Below, piece after piece: positions 30,901 through 40,713 of a stretch of 64,000 bases of DNA. Under the pieces are notes generated by a model, which made no database searches, had not been told where the DNA came from, and saw only the letters and a list, made by a program, of their open reading frames with translations. The position numbers were made by a program, and so were the translations under genes. The stretch comes from an uncultured Rhodospirillaceae bacterium (GTDB taxonomy: Bacteria > Pseudomonadota > Alphaproteobacteria > UBA11136), in assembly GCA_964486105.1 (NCBI GenBank), contig CAZAKR010000013.1:537-64536 (forward strand), given 5' to 3'. The number at the start of each line of letters is the position of its first letter. Within the stretch, counting starts at the first letter, position 1.

Positions 30901-31485
30901 ATGAAGTTCACCAACCCGCTTAAATTTATCCGCCCCATGGCGACACTGGCCCCGGCCTTTCTCATGGCCGTCACCGCCTTTTCGCTGCCCGCCCAGGCCG
31001 AAGAAGAGTTCCTCCCGAGCTGGATGAAACCCGATGCCGAAGCCAAGACCGTTGATATGGATATCGTCTCCGGCTTCAACGGCAATTCCGGCGCCCTTAA
31101 TTTCAACGGTTATTACGAGGGCAATGCGACAATCGTCGTGCCGGTGGGATGGAAAGTGAAAGTTGCCTTCCGCAACCAGGATGGCAACATTCCCCATTCC
31201 ATGGCCATTACCGAGCCCTATGCTGAAGACGATTTCCCCCTTGATGCCGGCCCCAAGGCCGTCGCCATCAAGCGCGCCTATTCGCGCTCGCCGATAACCG
31301 GGCAGTCGGCCACAGAGAAACCCGATACGGTCAAATTCAAGACCAAGAAGGCCGGTGATTATTATTTGTTCTGCGGCGTCACCGCCCACGGCCAGGCCGG
31401 CATGTGGATCCACTTCAAGGTCTCGGATACCGCCGAAGGCCCGTCCCTGATCGTCGGCGACGATTCTACCGACGGACGGAAATAA
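30901..31485 (+). CDS. Periplasmic cupredoxin (type-1 blue copper protein, pseudoazurin/amicyanin-like)
   Basis: A signal peptide ends AQA. Ligand spacing H...C-x4-H-x4-M is present in YLFCGVTAHGQAGMWIHF, with an upstream His in IPHSMAI. Confidence 0.7.
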   Translation: MKFTNPLKFIRPMATLAPAFLMAVTAFSLPAQAEEEFLPSWMKPDAEAKTVDMDIVSGFNGNSGALNFNGYYEGNATIVVPVGWKVKVAFRNQDGNIPHSMAITEPYAEDDFPLDAGPKAVAIKRAYSRSPITGQSATEKPDTVKFKTKKAGDYYLFCGVTAHGQAGMWIHFKVSDTAEGPSLIVGDDSTDGRK

Positions 31486-31511
31486 CATCTATCCAGACCC
31501 GGATCATGGAT

Positions 31512-31550
31512 GAAAAAAGCCCGCCCCTGATAAGGAGGCGGGCTTTTTAT
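31512..31550. terminator. Bidirectional rho-independent terminator between convergent genes
   Basis: The hairpin AGCCCGCCCCtgataaGGAGGCGGGCT is flanked by A6 and T5. Confidence 0.65.
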
Positions 31551-31579
31551 TATCTTATCGCCAGAGATGGTTGGCGGGA

Positions 31580-31930
31580 CTAGAAGCGACAGAGCTCCTC
31601 GCGCTTGCTGTTCTTGTTTACCGGATCGATCGTCGTCTTGGTAACGACGAAAAGATGCTTGCCGTCCTCGAATTCCAGCAGCTTTTTGATCTTCTCATTA
31701 TATTGATAGAACTTGATGTCGCAGCGTTCGAATTCCGACGACATTTCTTCCGTCGCAGCGCCGTAGAATTCACCGCGATAGGCCCGATCCCCCTTCGATC
31801 CATCATCATTTTTCTCATAAACGAAAATCATCATCGGATCGGGCCCGCCGGTCGCCATAAGGGGCGCCGACAACGCCATAAAGGTGCCTAAAACAACACT
31901 TGATATCAATAACTTAGAACGTTTTACCAA
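31580..31930 (-). CDS. Secreted small hypothetical protein
   Basis: The 116-aa protein has an N-terminal signal-like helix. The gene has lower GC content than its surroundings. Confidence 0.45.
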   Translation of the reverse strand: MVKRSKLLISSVVLGTFMALSAPLMATGGPDPMMIFVYEKNDDGSKGDRAYRGEFYGAATEEMSSEFERCDIKFYQYNEKIKKLLEFEDGKHLFVVTKTTIDPVNKNSKREELCRF

Positions 31931-31951
31931 AATCTTTCTCCAGTTTGTGTC

Positions 31952-32212
31952 TTATTCCGCCGGCTCCGGCGCCATGTCCAGGGCATGGAGATAGAGGGTC
32001 AGAATCTCTTCCTGCTCAAGGCGGTCCTGAACGTCTATTTTACGCAATTTCACCACCTGACGCATCACTTTCACGTCAAAACCGCTGGCCTTTGCCTCTG
32101 AAAAAATTTCACGGATATCGGCTGTAATTGTCGCCTTTTCCTCTTCCAAACGTTCAACCCGCTCGATAAATGACCGCAATTGGTCTCCAGCGATGTTGCC
32201 TGTTGCCGCCAT
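31952..32212 (-). CDS. gapR: DUF2312 family protein (GapR-like nucleoid-associated protein)
   Basis: QLRSFIERVERLEEEKATITADIREIFSEAKASGFDVKVMRQVVKLRK matches the GapR/DUF2312 coiled-coil pattern. Confidence 0.65.
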   Translation of the reverse strand: MAATGNIAGDQLRSFIERVERLEEEKATITADIREIFSEAKASGFDVKVMRQVVKLRKIDVQDRLEQEEILTLYLHALDMAPEPAE

Positions 32213-32346
32213 ACCCGTTACTCCCTGATGATCGTGTTTATGGATTACCTGATACCCGATACGGGCCGGCGGAAGATAGCCCCCACGCGCATTCGGCGCA
32301 AGACGGGGAAAGGGGTTTTTTACCCTTTAAAAGAAGATCGCGAAGG

Positions 32347-32667
<321 letters not shown>

Positions 32668-32725
32668 TTAATAAGGGCTTTGCCTAGATTTAGGGTGCAA
32701 CAGGGCGAAATACCAGCTCAAGGGG

Positions 32726-33862
32726 CTATAAGCCGGCCATGGTTTCCTCAATCAGCCGGTCAACAACCTCCTTCAGCGCCTCCATGTCATCCTTGCCAGC
32801 CGCCTGCGCCGCTTCAAAGGTGCGAAGCTGTAGGTGAGCGCTGGTGCCGCGATCAAGAATCGCCCTGGCATTGTCGATCTCGGCCCGGCAGTCGAAAAAG
32901 TCGATATCCTCTTCAATAAGCTCAAACAGTTCTTCCAGAAGCTCTTTGTAGGGAACGATTTCGCCACGGCCGAAATCGACCAGACCCTCGTCGATTCCAT
33001 AACGATGCGCCCGCCAGCGGTTTTCCTCGATCAACATCCGCGCATAGACCCTCCAGCGCTGATTATCCCGGCGCAGACGGTACAGCATGCGCAGCACACA
33101 GACGTAGATGGCGGCGATACTCACCGCATCGTCAAGCCGGGTACAGGTGTCGGTAATGCGCATCTCAAGGGTTGGAAAGCGAGCGCTTGAGCGAACATCC
33201 CACCAGATTTTGCTGGCGTCTTCGATCAGCCCCGCCTTGACCAGAGTGGCGATGTGACGGTCATATTCGCCCTGGCTTTCAAAAAAATTAGGCAGGCCGG
33301 TACGGGGTAATTCATCCCACACACTGATCCGATAGGACATCAGCCCCGTCCGGTCCCCGTCCCAGAACGGCGATGAGGTGCTGAGCGCCAGAAGATGGGG
33401 CAGGAAATAGGCCACCTGGTTCATCAAATCGAGGCGCAGGTCGCTGTCCTCTATCCCCACATGAACATGCATGCCGCAGATTAACAGACGCCGCGCCACC
33501 GCCTGAAGATCATGGGCGAGCTCGTTATAGCGTTCCTTGTCCGTATGGCGTTGGGCATGCCATTGGGCAAAGGGGTGGGTGGAGGCGGCAATCGGAGCAA
33601 GCCCGTAAGGAGCGGCGACCTGGGAAATCGTTTTACGCAGATGGACCAGATCGGCCCGGACTTCCTTTATCGAGCGGCAAACCCCGGTCTGGGTTTCGAT
33701 CTGGGAGCGCAGGAATTCAGGGCTGACCTGCTCTTTCAGATGGTCCTGACAGTCGCGGAAAAAGGCTTCCGGCGGATCGGAGACCAGATCGCGGGACTCC
33801 CGCTCCACCAGAAGATATTCCTCTTCAACGCCAATTGAAAAATCCGGTGAGTTCAAGATCAT
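32726..33862 (-). CDS. ybdK: YbdK-type carboxylate-amine ligase (glutamate-cysteine ligase family 2)
   Basis: The 378-aa GCS2 fold has an N-terminus FSIGVEEEYLLV. Confidence 0.85.
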   Translation of the reverse strand: MILNSPDFSIGVEEEYLLVERESRDLVSDPPEAFFRDCQDHLKEQVSPEFLRSQIETQTGVCRSIKEVRADLVHLRKTISQVAAPYGLAPIAASTHPFAQWHAQRHTDKERYNELAHDLQAVARRLLICGMHVHVGIEDSDLRLDLMNQVAYFLPHLLALSTSSPFWDGDRTGLMSYRISVWDELPRTGLPNFFESQGEYDRHIATLVKAGLIEDASKIWWDVRSSARFPTLEMRITDTCTRLDDAVSIAAIYVCVLRMLYRLRRDNQRWRVYARMLIEENRWRAHRYGIDEGLVDFGRGEIVPYKELLEELFELIEEDIDFFDCRAEIDNARAILDRGTSAHLQLRTFEAAQAAGKDDMEALKEVVDRLIEETMAGL

Positions 33863-34680
33863 GTGAAATGCTCTATTTTGTAAAGCTCGGGGTCAGCCAG
33901 AATATCCTCCAGGGCATCGCCAAGGATAGACGCCCATTTTTCGGCCCCGGGACCGGTGGCGATTAAATCATTGCGCAGCTCCAGGGCGACATGGGGGATA
34001 CCACGGTCCTGGGCATGGGTATCGACCGTGTAGTTCAGCATCCGCCCGGTATAGGGGAGGTTGTCGCCGACGCAAAGCCCAGGGTCGCTGCCAAGCCGCT
34101 TAATCAGGGGAACTGCGATGCGTGGGTCACGGTTCCAGAGAATTCCGACCTGCCACTTGCGGGGCGAAGCCTCTTCCAACGCCGGGGTAAAGCTGTGGAC
34201 GGAGATCAGAGCGGGAATGATCCCATGGTTGAGAAAATCGTCAAGCCGGGCGTTTACGGCCTGATGATAGGGCTTGAACAGAGCCTCGCCGCGCCGGGCG
34301 GCGTCTACGGCTGAAAGGTTCTGATTGCCGGGAATGGTGGTGGCGTCGCTGACCGGTGGAATCGAGGCGGGGTCGCCCTCGGGCCGGTTGAGGTCGATGA
34401 CCAGCCGCGAATAGCCCCCGGCCAGGCCAGGTGCATCGAAACGGGCGGCGAGACGCTGCATAACGTCAAAAGCGCCGATATCCCAACCCATGTGATCCTT
34501 AAGCACCCTATCGGACAGACCAAGGTTTTCCAGAGCCCTGGGAACGGCAAAGCTGGCGTGATCGCAAAGAAAGAGGAGCTTCCCCCTACCCTCGGGATTG
34601 AGAATACGACAGGGCGGCGCTTCGTCGGCTTGCAGGAATGAAGCCGGAGCAGAGGGGTCGGATCGGGAGTCGATTGCCAT
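33859..34680 (-). CDS. N-formylglutamate amidohydrolase family protein
   Basis: The start is the ATG at about 34678-34680 (MAIDSRSDP...). The listed 388-aa ORF is an upstream over-extension that would overlap the pyk start. Its stop overlaps ybdK (ATGA). Confidence 0.75.
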   Translation of the reverse strand: MAIDSRSDPSAPASFLQADEAPPCRILNPEGRGKLLFLCDHASFAVPRALENLGLSDRVLKDHMGWDIGAFDVMQRLAARFDAPGLAGGYSRLVIDLNRPEGDPASIPPVSDATTIPGNQNLSAVDAARRGEALFKPYHQAVNARLDDFLNHGIIPALISVHSFTPALEEASPRKWQVGILWNRDPRIAVPLIKRLGSDPGLCVGDNLPYTGRMLNYTVDTHAQDRGIPHVALELRNDLIATGPGAEKWASILGDALEDILADPELYKIEHFT

Positions 34681-34766
34681 GTCCCAACATATGCCAGTTT
34701 GGAAAACAATCTGGCAAGTGCAAGAAATCACTGGCAGCATCGCCGCTTGAGGACTAATCTCCGCGC

Positions 34767-36191
34767 ATGCGACGCTTACGCAACACAAAAATAGTTGCCA
34801 CTCTCGGCCCCACATCTTCTTCCCCCGATGATATCGAAGCCCTGTTTGCGGCGGGGGCGGACGTCTTTCGCCTGAATTTTTCCCACGGGCTCCACGACGA
34901 GCACAAAAAGCGGCTCTATCATATCCGCCAGCTGGAGAAGAAAACCGGGCGGCCGATCGGTGTTCTGATGGACCTGCAAGGCCCCAAGCTGCGCCTTGGC
35001 GCCTTTGCCAAGGGGCCGGTGACACTCAAGGCGGGAGAGGCCTTTCGTCTCGATCTGACAGACAAGCCCGGCACCTCCAAACGCGCCCCCCTGCCCCATA
35101 AAGAGGTCTTCTCCTCACTGAAAAAGGGAACCGACCTTCTGCTCGATGACGGCAAGGTGCGCCTGCGGGTGGAAAAAGCAGGTAAGGGTTTTGCCGACAC
35201 AAAGGTTATCACCGGCGGCAAGCTGTCCGACCGCAAGGGCGTCAACATTCCCAATGCCCTGATCAATGTTTCAGCCTTTACCGACAAAGACCTCAAGGAT
35301 CTGGAGTTCGGCGTCGATATGGGCGTTGACTGGGTGGCGCTGTCTTTCGTCCAGCGGCCCGAGGACATCCGCAAGGCGATCAAGCTTATCGACGGCCACG
35401 CCGGCATCCTGACCAAGCTTGAAAAGCCGCTGGCGATCGAGAAACTTGACGAAATTATTGAATTGTCCGACGCCATCATGGTGGCCCGTGGCGATCTCGG
35501 CGTCGAAGTGCCGCTCGAAGAAGTGCCGATACTTCAGAAAAAAATTATCCGCGCCTGTCGAACCGCCGGCAAACCGGTGGTGGTGGCCACCCAGATGCTC
35601 GATTCGATGGTCCATGCCCCGGCCCCGACACGGGCCGAGGCCTCCGACGTCGCTACCGCCGTCTATGACGGCGCCGATGCAGTGATGCTGTCGGCCGAAA
35701 CGGCGGCAGGCGACTATCCCATCGAGGCCGTCCATACCATGGACAGGATTATCCATGGCGTTGAGCGCGACCCCTCGCACCAGCTGATCATGAACAGCAG
35801 CCATCCCGACACTCAACCAACGACGTCGGACGCCATCAGCGCGGCGGCGGCCAAGGTTGCTGAAACGGTGTCGGCGGCGGCCATCGTCACCTGTTCGAAA
35901 TCCGGCGCCACCGCCCGGCGCGTTTCCCGCGAGCGGCCGGCCGTTCCTATCCTCAGCCTATCTGCCGAGCGCTCAACCGCCCGCCAGCTCTCCCTGGCCT
36001 GGGGCGTCCATTGCGTGCACACAACGGAAGTGCAGAGTTTCTCGGACATGGTGGCCAAGGCGGTGCGGATCGCCAGGCAAGAGGATTTCGCCAAGAAAGG
36101 CGACCATCTGGTGGTTACCGCCGGGGTTCCCTTCGGCACCTCGGGCGCGACAAATATCCTGCGAGTCGCCGACGTCCCCGACGGGGAATAA
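34767..36191 (+). CDS. pyk: Pyruvate kinase
   Basis: The 474-aa sequence begins MRRLRNTKIVATLGPTSSSPDDIEALFAAGADVFRLNFSHG. Confidence 0.95.
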   Translation: MRRLRNTKIVATLGPTSSSPDDIEALFAAGADVFRLNFSHGLHDEHKKRLYHIRQLEKKTGRPIGVLMDLQGPKLRLGAFAKGPVTLKAGEAFRLDLTDKPGTSKRAPLPHKEVFSSLKKGTDLLLDDGKVRLRVEKAGKGFADTKVITGGKLSDRKGVNIPNALINVSAFTDKDLKDLEFGVDMGVDWVALSFVQRPEDIRKAIKLIDGHAGILTKLEKPLAIEKLDEIIELSDAIMVARGDLGVEVPLEEVPILQKKIIRACRTAGKPVVVATQMLDSMVHAPAPTRAEASDVATAVYDGADAVMLSAETAAGDYPIEAVHTMDRIIHGVERDPSHQLIMNSSHPDTQPTTSDAISAAAAKVAETVSAAAIVTCSKSGATARRVSRERPAVPILSLSAERSTARQLSLAWGVHCVHTTEVQSFSDMVAKAVRIARQEDFAKKGDHLVVTAGVPFGTSGATNILRVADVPDGE

Positions 36192-37506
36192 TTTCTAGCT
36201 GTTTTTTTGTTTTCAGCCCCGGTGGCGGCGGGCCGCCGCTGGCCCAATCGAGAAGCTCCACCGTATGGGCAAGGGGCCCATCCACATGGGCCGCCATCTG
36301 AACCAGACAGCCGATATTACCCGCTGCGATCACCCGCACCCCGAGATTTTCGAAATGCCCCGCCTTGCGTGCGCCGAGCTGTCCGGCCAATTCGGGCTGA
36401 AGCAGGTTATAGGCGCCAGCCGAGCCGCAACACAGATGAGCCTCATCGGGTTCAACAATTTCAAACCCGGCGTCCTTCAAAAGCGTCATCGGTTCGGTCG
36501 CGATCTTTTGGCCGTGGCGCAGGGAACAGGCGGCCAGATAACCCACCCGCAACCCGTTTACCGGCGAAACCGCCGGCCTTTGAAAACCAATCTCAGCCAT
36601 GATTTCGCTGACATCGCGGGCCAGAGCCGATATTGCGGCGGCGCGCCCGGCCCATTGGGCATCGCCGCTTAAGAGAAACCCGTAATCCTTGACCATGGTG
36701 CCGCACCCCGAAGCATTGATAACAATGGCGTCGAGGCCGCCCTCAGTGATCACGCTCTCCCAGGCCGCCACATTGGCGCGCACAGAGGCGAGCGCCGTCT
36801 CAACCTCTCCCATATGGTGAGCCAGCGCGCCGCAACAGCCCTGATCTGCGGCAACGACCACCTCAAGACCATGACGGGTCAGCAGACGGATGGTGGCGGC
36901 GTCAATGGCCGGGCGCAGGGTTTCCTGGACACAGCCGGTAAGAAGCGCCACCCGCATCCGCCGCTCGCCTTCGGCCGGATAAATGCCGGGACCGGGAGGA
37001 GAATCAGACTTGTCGCTAAATCCGGCAGGCGGCAGCAGAGCCGGGAAGGCCCCCAGGCTTTTAGGCAGAAAGCGGCTGAAAGGAGCCGCCAGACGCGCCA
37101 GAGCGAGCAGCGGCCGCATAAGCCCCGGCCGGGGCAGCACCGCCAGGATGAAACGGCGCAACCGTCTCTCTCCCCGGGGGCGGGTATGGGTGGCCGCCAC
37201 GTGCCCCCGGGCATGGTCGATAAGATGCATGTAATTCACCCCTGAGGGACAGGTGGTCATGCAGGACAGGCAGGACAGACAACGGTCAAGATGGCGCACG
37301 ACTTCCTTTGATGCCGGTTTATCCCCTTCCAGCATATCCTTGATGAGGTAAATGCGCCCGCGGGGCGAATCCAGCTCATCACCGAGAAGGACATAGGTCG
37401 GACAGGTGGCAAGACAGAACCCGCAATGGACGCAGGTGCGCAGGATCCGCTCCATTTCCTGTAAATCGCCATCGGCCAGACGGGCCAGGCTGAAATTAGT
37501 CTGCAT
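36115..37506 (-). CDS. glcF: Glycolate oxidase iron-sulfur subunit GlcF
   Basis: Two 4Fe-4S ferredoxin motifs (CVHCGFCLATCP, CLSCLSCMTTCP) and CCG domains are present. The listed 3' end overlaps pyk by 77 nt. Confidence 0.9.
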   Translation of the reverse strand: MQTNFSLARLADGDLQEMERILRTCVHCGFCLATCPTYVLLGDELDSPRGRIYLIKDMLEGDKPASKEVVRHLDRCLSCLSCMTTCPSGVNYMHLIDHARGHVAATHTRPRGERRLRRFILAVLPRPGLMRPLLALARLAAPFSRFLPKSLGAFPALLPPAGFSDKSDSPPGPGIYPAEGERRMRVALLTGCVQETLRPAIDAATIRLLTRHGLEVVVAADQGCCGALAHHMGEVETALASVRANVAAWESVITEGGLDAIVINASGCGTMVKDYGFLLSGDAQWAGRAAAISALARDVSEIMAEIGFQRPAVSPVNGLRVGYLAACSLRHGQKIATEPMTLLKDAGFEIVEPDEAHLCCGSAGAYNLLQPELAGQLGARKAGHFENLGVRVIAAGNIGCLVQMAAHVDGPLAHTVELLDWASGGPPPPGLKTKKQLEIIPRRGRRRLAGYLSRPRCRREPRR

Positions 37507-37519
37507 ACCGCCCTGCCCC

Positions 37520-38770
37520 TCACACGCCTTCGTACATGCGGCCGGGGTTAAAGATGTGGAGAGGGTCGAAGCTCTCCTTTACCCGCGCCGTCAGCGCTTT
37601 TAGGGAGATGGGCTGGGGCTGGAAAACCTGGGTACCGGCCCGCAGGGCGGGAGAACCGCGAAAAAGCAGGGCCTGCCCCCCCATGGCTTCCCCCCGCGCC
37701 TCAAGGGAGCGGCGAATGACCGCCGCCCCGCCATCGCCTTCGAGCGGCGGCGAATCGGGGGCCAGCCAGACAAGCCCGCCGCCCCAATCGTAAAAAACGC
37801 GTGAGGGAAATTTTTCCCTCACATCCGCGACAAGGCCGGGGGCCTGGGATGGGGGCAGCGACAGGCGCCATAAAAGATTTTCCCCCCCCTTCCCGTCCCC
37901 GGGCAAAAACGGCGTCACATCGCGGATATTGCGCCAGAAAACATCACAATCGGCACCGCTCAATTCATCGCTTTTCCCAAACTCCGAAAGCAGGGTTGAA
38001 AGGCTGCGGCAGCGCTCGGCGACCGAGGGTGCGGGGCCTTCGACCCGCAGCGCCGTCGTGCCGCCAGAGGAGATGGCAGATATTGCAGTGGCCAGAGGAA
38101 CCCCGGCCGGTAAATGGGCGGCAGCGGAAACCCCTCCATCACTTTTCAGGGCCTCGGTCATCGCCGCAAGCGCCGATACATCATCAAGGCCGGAAAGAAA
38201 GACGGTGCGGGTGGTTTCCGCCACGGGCATCACCTTAAAGGTGAGTTCGGTCATCACCGCCAGAGTGCCGTGGGACCCGGAGAGAAGTTTGCACATATCG
38301 TAACCGGTGACATTTTTGACCACACGGCCGCCTGAGAAAATGGCCTCACCCCGGCCGTTGACCATCTTCAGCCCGAGCAAATGGTCGCGCGCCGCGCCGG
38401 TGTGAATACGGCCAGGCCCGGAGATATTATCGGCAAAAATGCCGCCGATCGTCGCCTTTCCAGCTTGCCCCCCGAAGAGCGGCCCGTAATCGGCGGGCTC
38501 GAAAGCCAGACGCTGGCCTTTTTCCAGAAGTCGTCGCTCAACCTCGGCCAGCGGCGTGCCCGCCAGGGCCGACATCACCAGTTCGCCGGGCTCGTAAAGG
38601 GTGACCCCTGAGAGCCCGCTCAGATCAAGCCTGTGTTCCGTATCCAGGGGCCGCCCGAGCCCCCGCCTGGTCCCCGCCCCGGTGATCTCCAGGGGCGTTT
38701 TACCAGCCGCAGCCCAGGCAACGATTTCCCTTACCTGTTCAGGATTTGTGGGAGAGAAGATTTCCACCAT
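37520..38770 (-). CDS. glcE: Glycolate oxidase FAD-binding subunit GlcE
   Basis: A 416-aa FAD-binding PCMH domain sits between glcD and glcF. Confidence 0.85.
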   Translation of the reverse strand: MVEIFSPTNPEQVREIVAWAAAGKTPLEITGAGTRRGLGRPLDTEHRLDLSGLSGVTLYEPGELVMSALAGTPLAEVERRLLEKGQRLAFEPADYGPLFGGQAGKATIGGIFADNISGPGRIHTGAARDHLLGLKMVNGRGEAIFSGGRVVKNVTGYDMCKLLSGSHGTLAVMTELTFKVMPVAETTRTVFLSGLDDVSALAAMTEALKSDGGVSAAAHLPAGVPLATAISAISSGGTTALRVEGPAPSVAERCRSLSTLLSEFGKSDELSGADCDVFWRNIRDVTPFLPGDGKGGENLLWRLSLPPSQAPGLVADVREKFPSRVFYDWGGGLVWLAPDSPPLEGDGGAAVIRRSLEARGEAMGGQALLFRGSPALRAGTQVFQPQPISLKALTARVKESFDPLHIFNPGRMYEGV

Positions 38771-40258
38771 CTAGAAGCGCGGCAAATCCGGGAAAGGCAG
38801 CTTTCCCTCGTGAACGTGAACGCGACCGAGCTCCACACAACGATGGAGGGTTGGGAAAACCTTGCCGGGATTGAGAAGAGATTTGGGATCGAAGGCGCAT
38901 TTCACCCGCTGCTGCTGGTTTAAATCCTGCTGGCTGAACATCTCTTCCATCAGATCCCGCTTTTCCACCCCGACCCCGTGTTCGCCGGTCAACACGCCGC
39001 CGACTTCGACACAGAGTTTGAGGATATCGGCGCCTAAAGCCTCGGCCTTTTCCAGCTCACCCGGCACATTGGCGTCATAGCAGATCAGAGGGTGAAGATT
39101 GCCGTCCCCGGCATGAAAGACATTGGCGATCCGCAACCCGTAAGACCGGGACATCTCATTCATCCTTTTGAGAACTTCCGGCAGGCGGCCCCGGGGAATG
39201 GTCCCGTCCATGCAGTAATAATCGGCGGCGATCCGCCCGATCGCAGGAAAAGCCGCCTTGCGCCCGGCCCAGAAACGCTCTCGTTCCTCGTCACTGGCAC
39301 TGGCCTTTATGGTCGTCGCATTACGGGTTTCGGCGAGCTTTGAGATAAGCCCGACAAGGTAATCAACCTCGCTTTGCGGTCCATCCAGCTCGACGATAAG
39401 CAGGGCCTCTACGTCGAGGGGATATCCGGCATGGACGAAGTCTTCGGCGGCATGAATGGCCGGACGGTCCATCATCTCCATACCGGCGGGAATGATCCCC
39501 CCGGCGATGATGTCGGCGACACAGGCCCCGGCAGATTCTACTTCCCCAAAGCCAAGCAGCAGGGCGCGGGCGGTCGCCGGTTTCCTTAATATCCGCACCG
39601 TCACCTCGGTGACGACGCCCAAGAGCCCCTCCGATCCCGTCAAAAGGCCGAGCAAATCGTATCCCCCGGCATCAAGATACCGCCCACCCAGGCGGATCAT
39701 GTCGCCGTTTATCAGAACCACCTCAATCCCGAGCACGTTATTGGTCGTCAGGCCGTATTTGAGACAATGAACGCCGCCGGAATTCTCGGCAATGTTGCCA
39801 CCGATCGAACAGGCGATCTGGCTCGATGGGTCCGGAGCGTAATAGAACCCCTCTCCTTCGACGGCCTGGGTAATCGCCAGATTTGTCACGCCGGGCTGGG
39901 CGACAACGCAACGGTTGGCGTAATCGACTTCAACGATCCGGTTAAGTTTTCCCGTGCCTAAAAGAATCCCGTCGGCAAGGGGAAGAGCGCCACCCGAGAG
40001 CGAGGTCCCCGCCCCGCGGGGCACCACCTTTATGCTATTCTTGTGGCAATACTGAAGGACAAGCGCGACCTGGGCCGACGTTCGGGGCAGGGCAACGATC
40101 ATCGGCATCTGACGATAGGCCGTCAGGCCGTCACATTCATAGGCCCGGCGCTCGTCTTCACCGGTCAAGAGAGAGCCGGGGGGAAGAATATCCCCCAGAT
40201 CCGCAATGAACTCTTCCCGGCGCTCTAATATGCGACGATCCGGATCGGGCATCCGCAT
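38771..40258 (-). CDS. glcD: Glycolate oxidase subunit GlcD (FAD-linked oxidase)
   Basis: The 495-aa protein has FAD-binding type 4 and FAD-oxidase C-terminal domains. Confidence 0.9.
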   Translation of the reverse strand: MRMPDPDRRILERREEFIADLGDILPPGSLLTGEDERRAYECDGLTAYRQMPMIVALPRTSAQVALVLQYCHKNSIKVVPRGAGTSLSGGALPLADGILLGTGKLNRIVEVDYANRCVVAQPGVTNLAITQAVEGEGFYYAPDPSSQIACSIGGNIAENSGGVHCLKYGLTTNNVLGIEVVLINGDMIRLGGRYLDAGGYDLLGLLTGSEGLLGVVTEVTVRILRKPATARALLLGFGEVESAGACVADIIAGGIIPAGMEMMDRPAIHAAEDFVHAGYPLDVEALLIVELDGPQSEVDYLVGLISKLAETRNATTIKASASDEERERFWAGRKAAFPAIGRIAADYYCMDGTIPRGRLPEVLKRMNEMSRSYGLRIANVFHAGDGNLHPLICYDANVPGELEKAEALGADILKLCVEVGGVLTGEHGVGVEKRDLMEEMFSQQDLNQQQRVKCAFDPKSLLNPGKVFPTLHRCVELGRVHVHEGKLPFPDLPRF

Positions 40259-40384
40259 GACAACAGCCTTTCCCTTAATCCTCGATTCCGAGAAGAGACA
40301 ATAAACGAAACAATGTCAGCTTAAGCCGCCCGCACGCCGGGCGCAATTTTGCCGTGACCCCAGAGAGAAATGATATCCAGACAT

Positions 40385-40408
40385 GAAAAAGGGCCGTCGA
40401 AACGGCCC
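40385..40408 (-). terminator. Rho-independent terminator of rpmJ
   Basis: The minus-strand hairpin GGGCCGTTTCGACGGCCC is followed by TTTTT. Confidence 0.5.
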
Positions 40409-40434
40409 TCACACATCTCCAATCGCGCTGGAAA

Positions 40435-40560
40435 TCAGCCCTGGCGCGCCTTGAAGCGGGGATTGGTCTTGTTGATGACGTAGACCCGCCCCTTGCGGCG
40501 AATAACGCGGCAATCCTTATGGCGTTTCTTCGCCGATTTGAGAGAATTAAGTACTTTCAT
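40435..40560 (-). CDS. rpmJ: 50S ribosomal protein L36
   Basis: The minus-strand translation [41 protein letters not shown] is 41 aa and falls below the ORF-track length cutoff. Confidence 0.85.
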   Translation of the reverse strand: MKVLNSLKSAKKRHKDCRVIRRKGRVYVINKTNPRFKARQG

Positions 40561-40713
40561 CTCGCTCACCCGATACGTCTTGGTTAATCAGAAGCGCGGA
40601 ACATAAGGGGTGAGAGGGTCCCTGTCAACGATGAAGCCCCCGGAAAAAACAAAAAAACGCACCGGATATTGGGGGTATTAGCCGGATATTGGCCGGAAGA
40701 TACGTATAGATAA

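Noticed and set aside
33859-35025. 388-aa version of the formylglutamate amidohydrolase ORF with a 115-aa N-terminal extension
   Set aside because: The extension is low-complexity (Arg/Pro/Gly-rich), overlaps the divergent pyk promoter and start, and homology begins at the internal ATG (about 34680).
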